From the NCBI GenBank assembly GCA_041654895.1, contig JBAZCR010000001.1, positions 11,057 through 75,056 of the forward strand: DNA of 64,000 nucleotides, in the 5' to 3' direction. The stretch comes from Candidatus Pacearchaeota archaeon. GTDB lineage: Archaea; Nanobdellota; Nanobdellia; Pacearchaeales; GW2011-AR1. A program made the translations under genes and the position numbers. This document shows, one piece after another, positions 16,409 to 26,767 of this stretch. Position 1 is the stretch's first letter; every line of letters starts with the position of its first letter. Below the pieces are notes generated by a model, which saw only the letters and a list, made by a program, of their open reading frames with translations, was not told where the DNA came from and ran no database searches.

Positions 16409-17623
16409 ATGGCTGTTGAATTAAATAATATTTTTGAAAATGCTGTTAAAAATAGTTTATTTAAGAATAAAAGTGTTTTACAAGTAAAATATACTCCTGA
16501 AAGTATTCCTCATAGAGATGAACAGATAAAATCTATTGCAAGTATTTTAGCTTCTTGTTTAAGAAATGAAAGGCCAAGTAATTTATTTGTTTATGGTAAA
16601 ACAGGAACAGGAAAAACATTGAGCATTCAATATGTAATGAGAGAATTAACAAAAAAAGCAAAAGAAGTAGATGTTGAAGTTAGTTTTGAATATATTAATT
16701 GTAAATTGAGAAAAGTTGCAGATACAGAATATAGAATATTAGCTGCTTTAATTAAGCAATTAGGTGGTGATATTCCTGCAACAGGCCTTCCAACAGATAA
16801 AGTATGGAATAAATTTATTGAAATGGTTGATAAAAAGAAACAATTAATAGTTTTTATTTTTGATGAAATTGATCAGGCTATTAAAAAAATGAGTGATACT
16901 TTCTTATATTCTTTAACAAGATTAAATCAAGAATTAAATAATGCTCAAATATCTATTATTGGTATTAGTAATGATGTAACTTTTTTAGAAAATATAGATC
17001 CTAGAGTAAGAAGTAGTTTGGGTGAAGAAGAATTTATATTTCCCCCATATAATGCTATTCAATTGCAAGATATTTTAAATGAAAGGTGTTCTATAGCTTT
17101 TAAGGAAAAAGTAATAAAAGAAGGGGTTATTGCAAAATGTGCAGCTTATGCTGCAAGAGAACATGGCGATGCAAGACGTGCTTTAGATTTATTAAGAATT
17201 GCAGCAGAACTTTGTGAGAGAGAAGGAAAATTAGAAGTAGAGGAAAAATATATTGATTTAGCAAATCAAAAAATTGAAAAGGACAAAATTCTAGATATTG
17301 TAGAGACAATTCCAAAGCAACATCAATTAGTTTTACTATCTATTATAAATCTAAATAAAAAACAAAAAAATAAGAAAATAGAAAAATATTTCACTGGGGA
17401 TGTTTATAATTCCTATCAAGAATTATGCTTTCAAACAAAGACAGAAAGTTTAACTCAAAGAAGAATTAGTGATATATTAGCTGATATTGATATGTTGGGG
17501 ATAATTAATGCAAAAGTGATTAGTAAAGGAAGACATGGAAGAACAAGAGAAATTAAATTAAGTGTTCCAGATAATTTACTTAATAAAATAGAAAATTTAT
17601 TAAGGAATAGCTTAGGATTATAA
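16409..17623 (+). CDS. cdc6: Orc1/Cdc6 replication initiator
   Basis: Walker A GKTGTGKT, Walker B 'FIFDEID', 'HGDARRALDLLR', wHTH 'SKGRHGRTR'. Confidence 0.97.
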   Translation: MAVELNNIFENAVKNSLFKNKSVLQVKYTPESIPHRDEQIKSIASILASCLRNERPSNLFVYGKTGTGKTLSIQYVMRELTKKAKEVDVEVSFEYINCKLRKVADTEYRILAALIKQLGGDIPATGLPTDKVWNKFIEMVDKKKQLIVFIFDEIDQAIKKMSDTFLYSLTRLNQELNNAQISIIGISNDVTFLENIDPRVRSSLGEEEFIFPPYNAIQLQDILNERCSIAFKEKVIKEGVIAKCAAYAAREHGDARRALDLLRIAAELCEREGKLEVEEKYIDLANQKIEKDKILDIVETIPKQHQLVLLSIINLNKKQKNKKIEKYFTGDVYNSYQELCFQTKTESLTQRRISDILADIDMLGIINAKVISKGRHGRTREIKLSVPDNLLNKIENLLRNSLGL

Positions 17624-17674
17624 TATCTTATTTTTTACAACTATATATATAAATTAATTTTATTTTCTTATAAA

Positions 17675-19270
17675 ATGGTTAATGAGGTATTTAAAAAGTG
17701 TATAAAAAAAGGTTTTTTATTAGATAAAGAAATTTTAAATCTATTTAATGAATTAGGTGAAAAGGAATCCTCTGAAATTATTGATATTATAAGTAGTCTG
17801 AAAATGAATGAGAGAATCATCACAAAAAAAGTTTTAACTAAATTTATTCCAAAAATTAAGGCAAATTTATCTTTTGATTTTGAAAAAATAAATTTTTTCT
17901 TTGATTACTTTGAAGAAGGAAAAGTTATTAATGAATTAAAAAAAGAGAATAGTAATTTCAAGATATTAAGTGCTCCCTTCTTTCCTCAGAGGAAAATATC
18001 TGTTTCTGATTTTGTTAACCATTTTAAAGATAGATTTGAAAGCATAAAAAGTATCTTAGAAACAAAGAATCTGGAAAACTTAACAACTATTAGAAAAATT
18101 AAAGGGAATACAGGTAATTTTAGTTTTATAGGGGCTGTTTTAGATAAAAGAACTACTAAGAATAAAAATATTATGCTTGAAGTAGAAGATTTAACAGGCT
18201 CTATTAGTGTATTAGTTAATTCAAACAAAAAAGAAATATATGATAAAGCAAAAGATATTATATTAGATGATATTATTGGATTTAATATAAGTTCAAGTAG
18301 TAATTTTTTATACTGTAATGATTTAATATATCCTGATTGTATTTTAAATGAAAAAAAAAGAATTAAGGAAGATTCTTGGGCGGTTTTTATTAGTGATTTA
18401 CATTGTGGTTCTAAACTTTTTTTAGAAGAAAATTTTCTTAAATTTATAAAATGGATTAATGGGAAACAAGGAGACGAGGAATATAGAAAAATAGCTGAGA
18501 AGGTAAAATATTTATTCATTACAGGAGATTTAGTTGATGGTGTGAGTCATTATCCAGGACAAGAAAAGGATTTAAAGATTATGACTAGTGTAGGTCAATA
18601 TGCTAAGGTCGAAGAGCTTTTAAAATTGATAAGAAATGATATTCAAATATTTGCTTGTCCGGGAAATCATGATGCTGTTTGGGTTGGAGAACCTCAACCA
18701 ATTATAAGTGAAAGGTGGGCAGAAGGATTACATAAAATATCAAACTTAGAACTAGTAACTAATCCTTGCTTAATTGAAATTGATGGAGGTTTTAAGATTT
18801 TGATGTATCATGGTGCGAGTCTTAATCCTTTTGTTGAAGAACTTCCGGAAATAAGAGCAAAATATGGAAAGCATTCTCCTACAACGATTGTTAAAGAGAT
18901 TTTAAAGAGAAGGCATCTTTCTCCAATGCATGGATTAGTAGATTACATTCCTTGTGATAAAGATTCTTTAGTTATTAATACTATTCCGGATATTGTTTTA
19001 ACTGGAGATTTGCATAGATGTGAGGTTTCTATGCATAATAATATTTTATTGGTTGCTGGCTCTTGTTGGCAAGCACAAACGAATTTTATGGAAAAAGTTG
19101 GTGTTGAAGCAGATCCAAATAAAGCCATATTATTTAATTTAAAAACTAGAGAAATAAAAATAATAGATTTTAGTGAAGAAGATAAAAATGTTCAATGGTT
19201 AAAGAATCCTGAATTATATTGTCCTTATGATTGCAATTTTAATGGGGGGGATGAAAATAAAAGCATTTAA
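17675..19270 (+). CDS. polB: DNA polymerase D small subunit DP1
   Basis: OB fold 'EVEDLTG'; phosphoesterase motifs 'ISDLH', 'GDLVDG', 'PGNHD', 'YHG', 'RRHLSP'. Confidence 0.94.
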   Translation: MVNEVFKKCIKKGFLLDKEILNLFNELGEKESSEIIDIISSLKMNERIITKKVLTKFIPKIKANLSFDFEKINFFFDYFEEGKVINELKKENSNFKILSAPFFPQRKISVSDFVNHFKDRFESIKSILETKNLENLTTIRKIKGNTGNFSFIGAVLDKRTTKNKNIMLEVEDLTGSISVLVNSNKKEIYDKAKDIILDDIIGFNISSSSNFLYCNDLIYPDCILNEKKRIKEDSWAVFISDLHCGSKLFLEENFLKFIKWINGKQGDEEYRKIAEKVKYLFITGDLVDGVSHYPGQEKDLKIMTSVGQYAKVEELLKLIRNDIQIFACPGNHDAVWVGEPQPIISERWAEGLHKISNLELVTNPCLIEIDGGFKILMYHGASLNPFVEELPEIRAKYGKHSPTTIVKEILKRRHLSPMHGLVDYIPCDKDSLVINTIPDIVLTGDLHRCEVSMHNNILLVAGSCWQAQTNFMEKVGVEADPNKAILFNLKTREIKIIDFSEEDKNVQWLKNPELYCPYDCNFNGGDENKSI

Positions 19271-19294
19271 AAAATGTTTTTTTGAATATTTATT

Positions 19295-20527
19295 ATGGAG
19301 ACATTAATAATTTTTTATTTTATATATTCTTTCATAGCATTTTATTTTTTAATAATGTATTTTTTAGTTTATATCAAGAATAAAAAAGATATATTTTATA
19401 CCCCTAAAACTGAGAGTAAAAGAGATTTAACTATTGTTATCCCTTGTTATAATGAACAAGAAAGTGTAGGTAAAACAATTGAATGTTTTTTAAAATCTGA
19501 TTATCCTTATTTGAAAAAGATAATTGTTGTAGATGATTGTTCTAAAGATAATTCATATAAAATAATTAAAAAATATGAACAAAAATATCCTGATTTGGTT
19601 TTAGCACTTAAAACTCCAAAAAATACTGGGAAAGCTGCAGGTTCTAAAAATTATGGTTTAAAATTTGTTAAAACAGAATTAGTTGGTTTTTCTGATTCTG
19701 ATTCTATGCCTAAAATAAATGCAATTACAAATATGATTGGTTTTTTTGACGATGAGACTGTTGGGGGAGTTACGTCGAGAGTTTTGGTTAAAAATAAAAC
19801 GAACTTTTTAGAATCATTGCAGTCTATTGAATATAAAGTAATAGCATTTACTCGTAAGTTAATGGGTTTTATAGATTCTATTTATGTTACAACAGGACCT
19901 CTTTCCATATATAGAACTAAAATTGTTAAGGATGATTTAGGGGGTTTTGATGAAAATAATTTAACTGAGGATATTGAGCTTACATGGAATGTAGTAAAAT
20001 CAGGATGGAGGGTTGAAATGTCTATGAATTCATTAGTTTATACTTATGTTCCTAGAACTTTAAAAGTTTGGTTTAAACAAAGAATTCGTTGGAATGTGGG
20101 GGGTATGCAAACAGTAAAAAAATATTTACCTTCAATTCATAAATGTGGTTTTTTAGGAAAATTTATTATGCCCTTCTTTTTATTTTCATGGTTTATTGGT
20201 TTAAGTGGACTTTTTGTGATAGTTTATAGATATTCTAGAGAAATATTTATTAAATATATGTCTGCTTATCTTTCTACAAAATCAGAAATAGCCATTATTA
20301 CTTTTAGAGATTTAGCAATAAACCCCACTATATTGTTCTTTTTAGGAATCATTTTATTTGCATTAGGATTGAGTTTTATGCTTGCTTCTTTAGTTTATTC
20401 AAAAGAAAAAGGCTACAGTCATGCCTTGCACGAAATATTTATATATTCTTTTTTTTATGTTGTATTATATCCTGCAATATTAATAACATCATTATTTAAT
20501 TTTATGAGGGGTTATAATAAATGGTAA
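19295..20527 (+). CDS. Processive GT2 glycosyltransferase (cellulose synthase/PgaC-like)
   Basis: 'IPCYNE', 'VVDD', 'DSDS', 'TED', 'QRIRW'; flanking TM helices. Confidence 0.88.
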   Translation: METLIIFYFIYSFIAFYFLIMYFLVYIKNKKDIFYTPKTESKRDLTIVIPCYNEQESVGKTIECFLKSDYPYLKKIIVVDDCSKDNSYKIIKKYEQKYPDLVLALKTPKNTGKAAGSKNYGLKFVKTELVGFSDSDSMPKINAITNMIGFFDDETVGGVTSRVLVKNKTNFLESLQSIEYKVIAFTRKLMGFIDSIYVTTGPLSIYRTKIVKDDLGGFDENNLTEDIELTWNVVKSGWRVEMSMNSLVYTYVPRTLKVWFKQRIRWNVGGMQTVKKYLPSIHKCGFLGKFIMPFFLFSWFIGLSGLFVIVYRYSREIFIKYMSAYLSTKSEIAIITFRDLAINPTILFFLGIILFALGLSFMLASLVYSKEKGYSHALHEIFIYSFFYVVLYPAILITSLFNFMRGYNKW

Positions 20528-20539
20528 AATGGAGAAAAA

Positions 20540-21190
20540 ATGTTACTTAAAAATAAATTTATTTTTTTAGAAGCACTTTTAATAACAATTTTAATTTTTG
20601 TAATTGGTATATTTATAGGGATTAGTATTGAAAATAAGAACAATTATAATTCTCAAGTATTTTATATGAATTCTGAAGCAGATTTAATGGATAGTTATAT
20701 TTTAACAAATTTAATTTCTGAAGAGAAAAATTGTGATATAGTAACTAAAGAAACAATTAATTTTGCTAATAAGGTTTATGAGAAATCTTTGTTGCTTGAA
20801 GATTATGATAAATTTGCCCTTTTAATGGATGATTTAACTATGTTGAATAAAAGATATACTTTAATGAAAACATTTTTATGGAAATCAAATTTAGATAACT
20901 TAAATTGTTTAAATAATACAAAAATGATTGTTTATCTTTATAATTATAATACGGATGATTTGGCTATTGAGGCTGAGCAAAATGTATGGTCAAGATTATT
21001 AATGCAAATTAAACAAGATGATAAAAATTTAATTTTACTACCAATTGCTGCTAATTTAGATGTTTCTTCATTAGATTTCATTTTAAATGAATTTAATATT
21101 GAAAAAGTACCTGCCGTTATTGTAAATAATAAAGAAATATTCTATGATTTAGAAAAAAAAGATGACTTAAAAAATATTATTTATAACTAA
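20540..21190 (+). CDS. Membrane-anchored protein with thioredoxin-like C-terminus
   Basis: N-terminal TM helix; 'FNIEKVPAVIVN' Trx-like strand; no CxxC. Confidence 0.55.
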   Translation: MLLKNKFIFLEALLITILIFVIGIFIGISIENKNNYNSQVFYMNSEADLMDSYILTNLISEEKNCDIVTKETINFANKVYEKSLLLEDYDKFALLMDDLTMLNKRYTLMKTFLWKSNLDNLNCLNNTKMIVYLYNYNTDDLAIEAEQNVWSRLLMQIKQDDKNLILLPIAANLDVSSLDFILNEFNIEKVPAVIVNNKEIFYDLEKKDDLKNIIYN

Positions 21191-21249
21191 TTTATTCTAT
21201 GTTTTAGTTTACAGTCATTTATATAAAAGACATTCTTATTTTATATTTG

Positions 21250-24200
21250 ATGGAGAAAACTTTAGCAAAACCAGGTTATTGGGATGTTGATTCTTACTTT
21301 ATTGATTTAGAAAATAGTGTTAAAAAAGAGTATGAGGTTGCAAATAAGGCGAGGAAAGTTGGAATTGATCCAAAAGATAAAGTTGAAATTCCTCTAGCAA
21401 CAAGTATGGCTGAAAAGTGTGTTGGCTTAATCTCTACGGTTTACCCTCAATTACCGATTCAAGAAATAACTTCTCGTATGTTAGAATTAGAACAAAAATA
21501 TGGCCAATTAGATACGACTGTTAGTTTTATCATTGCAAAAGAAATTGCTGAAGAAAAGTTTTGTAATTTTAAAAATAAACTTGAAGGAATTGATGCAGGA
21601 ATAAGATTGGGGTTTGCATATTTGACTTTAGGTGTTGTTGCCTCTCCTATTGAAGGATATACGGGTTTAGAAATTGGCAAAACAAAAGATGGAAAAGAAT
21701 ATTTCATTGTAAATTTTAGTGGACCAATTAGATCTGCTGGAACAACAGCTACTTGTGTTATTTTAATGTTAATTGATTTTTTAAGAGACTATTTTGGCTA
21801 TGCAAAATATGATCCAGATGAAATTGAGGTTAAAAGGTATGTTACAGAATGTACTGATTATCATGAAAGAATAACAAATTTACAATATTTTCCAACAGAA
21901 GAAGAAATGATTTTTTTAGCAAAAAATTTGCCGATTCAGATTTCTGGGGATCCTACTGAAAGTAAAGAGGTTAGTAATTATAAGGATTTATCGAGGGTTA
22001 ATACTAATTATATTCGAGGAGGAATGTGTCTTACTTTTGCAGAGGGATTAGCACAAAAGGCTGCAAAAGGTCTTAAAAGGTTAAATAGCCCTAAAAAAAA
22101 TGGTTTAAAATGTGATGGTTGGGATTTTTTAAATGAATATTTAGAGATACATTCTAAGAGAGAAAAGGGAGGTGAAGATATTATAGCAACTTATATTAAG
22201 GATTTAGTTGCAGGTCGTCCGGTTTATGGTCATCCTTCAAGAAGTGGCGGATTTAGGTTTAGGTATGGTAGAAGTAGGATTAGTGGTTTTAGTTCTGTAA
22301 GTATTCATCCTGCAACAATGGGTGTTACAAATGGTTTTTTGTCTCATGGGACTCAATTAAAAATAGAAAAACCTACAAAAGGGTGTATTATTACTTCTTG
22401 TGATAGTATTGATGGACCTATTGTAAAATTGAGAAAAGGAAGTGTTAGAAAATTAAATGATTTAAATGAGGCCTTAAAATTATATAAGGATGTTAAAGAA
22501 ATCATTTACTTGGGAGATATTCTTTTTCCACTAGGAGATGTGATGGATAGGAATCATAATTTAATAAAATCAGGATATGTCGAGGAGTGGTGGGATTTAG
22601 AATTAAAGAAAAAGTTAGAAATTACTGGAGAAGTATTAGAATATGATTATAATAATATTAATTTCGAAGAAGCATTAATTATAAGTGAGAAATATTCTAT
22701 GAGTCTTTATCCAAAGTATATTTATTATTGGAATCAAATTGATATAGATTCTTTTTTATGGCTGCTTGATTGGTTAAGAAATGGTATATGGAGAGGAGAT
22801 GAAGACGGAAAACTAGTTTTACCTTGGAGTGAAATGGTAAGAGATAAGTTCTCAAAGGGAAAGAGAGCTTTAGAATTGATTGGGTTGCCTCATGAAGTAG
22901 TTTTTGACAATGTTGTTTTAGATAATATTAATTCTAAAGCATTATTAACTAATTTAGGAATTTTGGTTGAAAAAAAAGAGGGAGAAACAATAAAAGAGAA
23001 GATTAATATTATTTTAGAAAAAAAAGAAGATTTTGTTGAAGATGTTCTTAAAAATATTAATTTTTTGTCTGAATATGAAATTAAAGATAAATCAGGTGAA
23101 TTTATTGGCTCTAGAATGGGTCGTCCTGAAAAAGCTAAATTAAGAAAATTAAAAGGTAGTCCTAATTGTTTATTTCCTGTTTCAGAACAAGGAGGAAGAT
23201 TAAGAAGTGTATTAGAGACAGTTAAGGTCGGTTATATTAAATCAAGCTGGCCATTATATAAATGTGATTGTGGTAATGAAACAATTTATCCTCTTTGTGA
23301 AAAATGTGGAAATAAAACAAAAAGAAATTATTATTGTAGGATTTGTGATAAGGTTAGCGAAATTCCTTGTCAAGAACATGAGAATGTTGTAAGTGCATTA
23401 AACAAAAAAATAGATTCTTCTTATTATTTTGATGATGCATTAAAAAAATTAGGCTATGATAAAGGTCAAATTCCAAATTTAATTAAGGGGGTTAGGGGTT
23501 TAACTAATGAAAATTCTGATTTAGAACATTTGGGAAAAGGAATTTTGAGAGCAAAATATAATTTGTGCGTAAATAAAGATGGTACTATAAGATATGATGG
23601 TACTGAGTTTTGTTTAACACATTTTAAACCTCAAGAAATAGGAACTAGTATTGAGCTCTTAAAAAAATTAGGTTATGAAAAAGATATTTATGGAGATAAT
23701 TTAATTGATGAATCTCAAATTTTAGAATTAAAGCCACATGACGTTGTTTTACCTTCTTGTAAAGATACTCCCGATGAAAAAGCAGATGATGTTTTTATGA
23801 ATATATCTCAATTTATAGATGAAGAATTAGAAAAACTATATGGCTTGGAAAAATATTATAATTTGAAAAAGAGAGAAGATTTAATTGGCCAGTTAATAGT
23901 ATGTATGGCTCCTCATAATTGTGCAGGAGTTATAGGAAGAATAATTGGATTTAGCCAGTTGCAAGGTATTGTAGCAAGCCCTTATATGCATGCTGCTATG
24001 AGGAGAGATTGTGATGGGGATGAAGCTGCTGTTATGATGTTAATGGATGTTTTGATTAATTTTAGTAAGGAATATTTGCCTAGTCATAGGGGTGGGACTC
24101 AAGATGCTCCTTTAGTATTAAATACGAAAATTCAAGCAGGAGAAGTAGACGATCAGATTTTGGATTTTGAAACTTGTAGTTCTTATCCTTTAGAAATGTA

Positions 24201-24759
24201 TGAATTATCTCAAGAGAATGTTCATTCGAGTAATGTTAAAATGGAAAGGGTTAAAGATAGATTAAAGGAAAATATTTGTCCTTTTAGTGGCACTGGTTTT
24301 ACGCATGATTGTAAAGACTTCAATATTGGTATTTTAAATGGAGCATATAAGGTTTTACCTACAATGAAAGATAAAGTTGAAAAGCAAATGGAATTAGTTG
24401 AAAAGATTCGTGCAGTTGATACTGACGATGTTGCTCGTTTAGTTATTGAAAGGCACTTTATTAGGGATATAAGAGGTAATTTAAGAAAATTTTCTCATCA
24501 ACAATTTAGATGTGTTAAATGTAATACTAAATTTAGAAGACCTCCTTTAATTGGGATTTGTACAAAATGTGGTGGAAAGATAATTTTTACAATTAGTGAA
24601 GGTTCAATTAAAAAGTATTTAGAACCTGCATTATCTTTAGCAAAAAATTATAAAATATCTGAATACACTCGAGAAGGTTTGGAATTAACAAAGTTATATA
24701 TTGAGAGTATTTTTGGTAAAGATACTGAAAAACAAGAAGATTTAAAGAAATGGTTTTAA
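21250..24759 (+). CDS. polC: DNA polymerase D large subunit DP2
   Basis: 'GPIRSAG', 'RMGRPEK', catalytic 'RRDCDGDE', 'RGGTQDAPL', C-terminal Zn finger; no intein. Confidence 0.97.
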   Translation: MEKTLAKPGYWDVDSYFIDLENSVKKEYEVANKARKVGIDPKDKVEIPLATSMAEKCVGLISTVYPQLPIQEITSRMLELEQKYGQLDTTVSFIIAKEIAEEKFCNFKNKLEGIDAGIRLGFAYLTLGVVASPIEGYTGLEIGKTKDGKEYFIVNFSGPIRSAGTTATCVILMLIDFLRDYFGYAKYDPDEIEVKRYVTECTDYHERITNLQYFPTEEEMIFLAKNLPIQISGDPTESKEVSNYKDLSRVNTNYIRGGMCLTFAEGLAQKAAKGLKRLNSPKKNGLKCDGWDFLNEYLEIHSKREKGGEDIIATYIKDLVAGRPVYGHPSRSGGFRFRYGRSRISGFSSVSIHPATMGVTNGFLSHGTQLKIEKPTKGCIITSCDSIDGPIVKLRKGSVRKLNDLNEALKLYKDVKEIIYLGDILFPLGDVMDRNHNLIKSGYVEEWWDLELKKKLEITGEVLEYDYNNINFEEALIISEKYSMSLYPKYIYYWNQIDIDSFLWLLDWLRNGIWRGDEDGKLVLPWSEMVRDKFSKGKRALELIGLPHEVVFDNVVLDNINSKALLTNLGILVEKKEGETIKEKINIILEKKEDFVEDVLKNINFLSEYEIKDKSGEFIGSRMGRPEKAKLRKLKGSPNCLFPVSEQGGRLRSVLETVKVGYIKSSWPLYKCDCGNETIYPLCEKCGNKTKRNYYCRICDKVSEIPCQEHENVVSALNKKIDSSYYFDDALKKLGYDKGQIPNLIKGVRGLTNENSDLEHLGKGILRAKYNLCVNKDGTIRYDGTEFCLTHFKPQEIGTSIELLKKLGYEKDIYGDNLIDESQILELKPHDVVLPSCKDTPDEKADDVFMNISQFIDEELEKLYGLEKYYNLKKREDLIGQLIVCMAPHNCAGVIGRIIGFSQLQGIVASPYMHAAMRRDCDGDEAAVMMLMDVLINFSKEYLPSHRGGTQDAPLVLNTKIQAGEVDDQILDFETCSSYPLEMYELSQENVHSSNVKMERVKDRLKENICPFSGTGFTHDCKDFNIGILNGAYKVLPTMKDKVEKQMELVEKIRAVDTDDVARLVIERHFIRDIRGNLRKFSHQQFRCVKCNTKFRRPPLIGICTKCGGKIIFTISEGSIKKYLEPALSLAKNYKISEYTREGLELTKLYIESIFGKDTEKQEDLKKWF

Positions 24760-24802
24760 TCTTTAACCAAAGATTTATAAATTTAAAATTTAGTTGTTAA
24801 AT

Positions 24803-24952
24803 ATGAATAAATGTGTTAGTTGTGATAAAAGATCTTTAGATAGTGTTAAATTTCCTTGTCCAAAATGTAAAAATGGGATGATGAGATGTAATAAATGTAG
24901 AAGTTTATCTGTGGATTATACTTGTCCTAAATGTGGATATAGGGGGCCTTAA
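24803..24952 (+). CDS. Zn-ribbon RNA-binding protein (DUF1610/HVO_2753-like), 49 aa, not in ORF track
   Basis: Hand translation MNKCVSC...FPCPKC...RCNKCR...YTCPKCGYRGP; usual position upstream of EF-1beta. Confidence 0.88.
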   Translation: MNKCVSCDKRSLDSVKFPCPKCKNGMMRCNKCRSLSVDYTCPKCGYRGP

Positions 24953-24953
24953 G

Positions 24954-25226
24954 ATGGGGATAAGTGCTGTTCAATATAAAGTTTTACCAGAAAACATAGA
25001 CATTAATTTGGATATCTTAAAAGAAAAAATAAAAAGGGTTATTGAAGAGAATAAGGGTCTTGTTTCTGATGTTGTAGAACAACCAATTGCTTTTGGGTTA
25101 AAAGCCCTAATTTTTTCTTTTGCATTTCCTGAAGAAAATGATGTAGAGCAAATAGAAAATTTTATTAAAGGTGTTGAAGGGGTTTCAAGTTGTGAATTAA
25201 TTGACTATAGAAGGGCTTTGGGATAG
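24954..25226 (+). CDS. ef1b: Translation elongation factor EF-1beta
   Basis: 'KVLPE', 'EQPIAFGLKAL', 'VEGVSS'. Confidence 0.92.
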   Translation: MGISAVQYKVLPENIDINLDILKEKIKRVIEENKGLVSDVVEQPIAFGLKALIFSFAFPEENDVEQIENFIKGVEGVSSCELIDYRRALG

Positions 25227-25299
25227 TTTTTAATCTTTATTAAAAAAATTAAAGGTTATGTGAAGTTAAATTTATAATTATCAATTTATTAGTATTTTT

Positions 25300-25935
25300 A
25301 TGACATTAAGCGATTTTGAAATAAGGGAAATTAAGGAAAAACTTCTTTCTCAAGTAAATAATTTACCTCCTGAAAAAAGAAAAGAAGTTGAAAATCAAAT
25401 TAAGAATATGTCTTCGAAAGATTTTGAAAAATTTTTAGAAAAAAACGAAAGTATTTCTAAGTGTCTTTTTTGTTCTATACTTGAAGGTGAAGTTGAAAGC
25501 GTTAAGATTTATGAAGATAAGTTAAGCTCTTATATATTGGATATAAATCCTTTAAGCTATGGCCATACTCTTGTTATTCCTAAAGATCATGGGATTCAAG
25601 ATGTTGAAAGATATAAAGAAGGAATAGAATATATTTCAGAAATATTTAAACAGATTTTTGTTCCTAAAGAAATTAAAATCTTGAGCAAGTCTCCTTTTGG
25701 GCACACTATTTTTGAAATTGTTCCAGATTATGGAGAACCCTTAATAAAGAAGAAGGTTGAGTTAAAGGAATTAAAAAGGATTAAAAATACATTTGAAAAA
25801 TTTTTACAAAAACCTGAAGAAAAGTCTCAAGAAGATTTTGAGGATAATTTAAATAGCAAAGAAGAACCTAAAATAAAAACTTTTAATAAAGAAGTTAAAG
25901 ATGAATTTCCTAAATTTTACTCTAGAATTCCTTAA
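25300..25935 (+). CDS. HIT-family protein with degenerate histidine triad
   Basis: 'CLFCSI', 'LDINPLSYGHTLVIPKDH'; HxHxH reduced to 'GHTIFEI'. Confidence 0.75.
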   Translation: MTLSDFEIREIKEKLLSQVNNLPPEKRKEVENQIKNMSSKDFEKFLEKNESISKCLFCSILEGEVESVKIYEDKLSSYILDINPLSYGHTLVIPKDHGIQDVERYKEGIEYISEIFKQIFVPKEIKILSKSPFGHTIFEIVPDYGEPLIKKKVELKELKRIKNTFEKFLQKPEEKSQEDFEDNLNSKEEPKIKTFNKEVKDEFPKFYSRIP

Positions 25936-25936
25936 T

Positions 25937-26767
25937 CTAAAATAAAAATAGAAGATAAGTAATTAAATTATCTTTAAATAATAAATAACAAACAAAAGCT
26001 ATTGCAAAGGCAGGTGCAAAGGGAATTCCTTCTTTTATAGTAACAGATTTTTTACTCTTTTGTATTAACTCTAATTCTTTTAATGAAATGCCTTTAAAAT
26101 CAGATTTTATTATTCTATTTTTTATTTTAATATTACTTGCTAACCAATCGCCTTGTTTTAAATCCTTTACATTAATTTTCTTTGTTAAAACTTTTTCTTG
26201 TAAGATTTTTGCAATAGAGAATAAAACTGGTGTAATTAAGAGTAAAATGGGGACTAGAATTAAAGTATTATTAATAAACGTTAGAGGAGTTGTTAATATT
26301 GAAAGGACTAAAAATAATTTTATTTTGTTTTTGATAAACTCTTTTCTTATTTCTTCCTTTATTTTCTTGAAATTTTTAAAATAAAGGAAAATCAAAAATA
26401 GAAGTCCATATATGCTGCCTGAAAAAATTAGTAAAATTAGGAAGAGAATTATATTTGAAAAAACTAATTTTATTTGGTTTGTTACAAATAATGGTGTTAA
26501 GGCTATAAGAAGATGATAATCACCTCCAGCAAAAATATTTGAATAATAAAGTATGTTTGCTAACAAAAATACTCCTACGAAGGTTATTAAAAAATAAATG
26601 AGAATTAAATATTCTTTGGTGATTAACGATTTTAAGATAAGATAAATTGCTCCAGAAATAAAAATTAATAAATTTAACCAATTATCTATTTCTCTTCTTT
26701 TAATATCTTGGATTATTGCTAATACTAATCCAAAAGAAATCACGCCAATTAAAAAAGAATTAATCAT
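25937..26767 (-). CDS. Prepilin peptidase (A24, PibD/EppA-like)
   Basis: 'QDIKRREIDNW', 'FAGGD', C-terminal 'GIPFAP'. Confidence 0.9.
   Translation of the reverse strand: MINSFLIGVISFGLVLAIIQDIKRREIDNWLNLLIFISGAIYLILKSLITKEYLILIYFLITFVGVFLLANILYYSNIFAGGDYHLLIALTPLFVTNQIKLVFSNIILFLILLIFSGSIYGLLFLIFLYFKNFKKIKEEIRKEFIKNKIKLFLVLSILTTPLTFINNTLILVPILLLITPVLFSIAKILQEKVLTKKINVKDLKQGDWLASNIKIKNRIIKSDFKGISLKELELIQKSKKSVTIKEGIPFAPAFAIAFVCYLLFKDNLITYLLFLF

Noticed and set aside
16409..24759. Inteins in cdc6 or DP2, and stop-codon reassignment
   Set aside because: Protein lengths are normal, no intein motifs were seen, and conserved genes are uninterrupted under the standard code.
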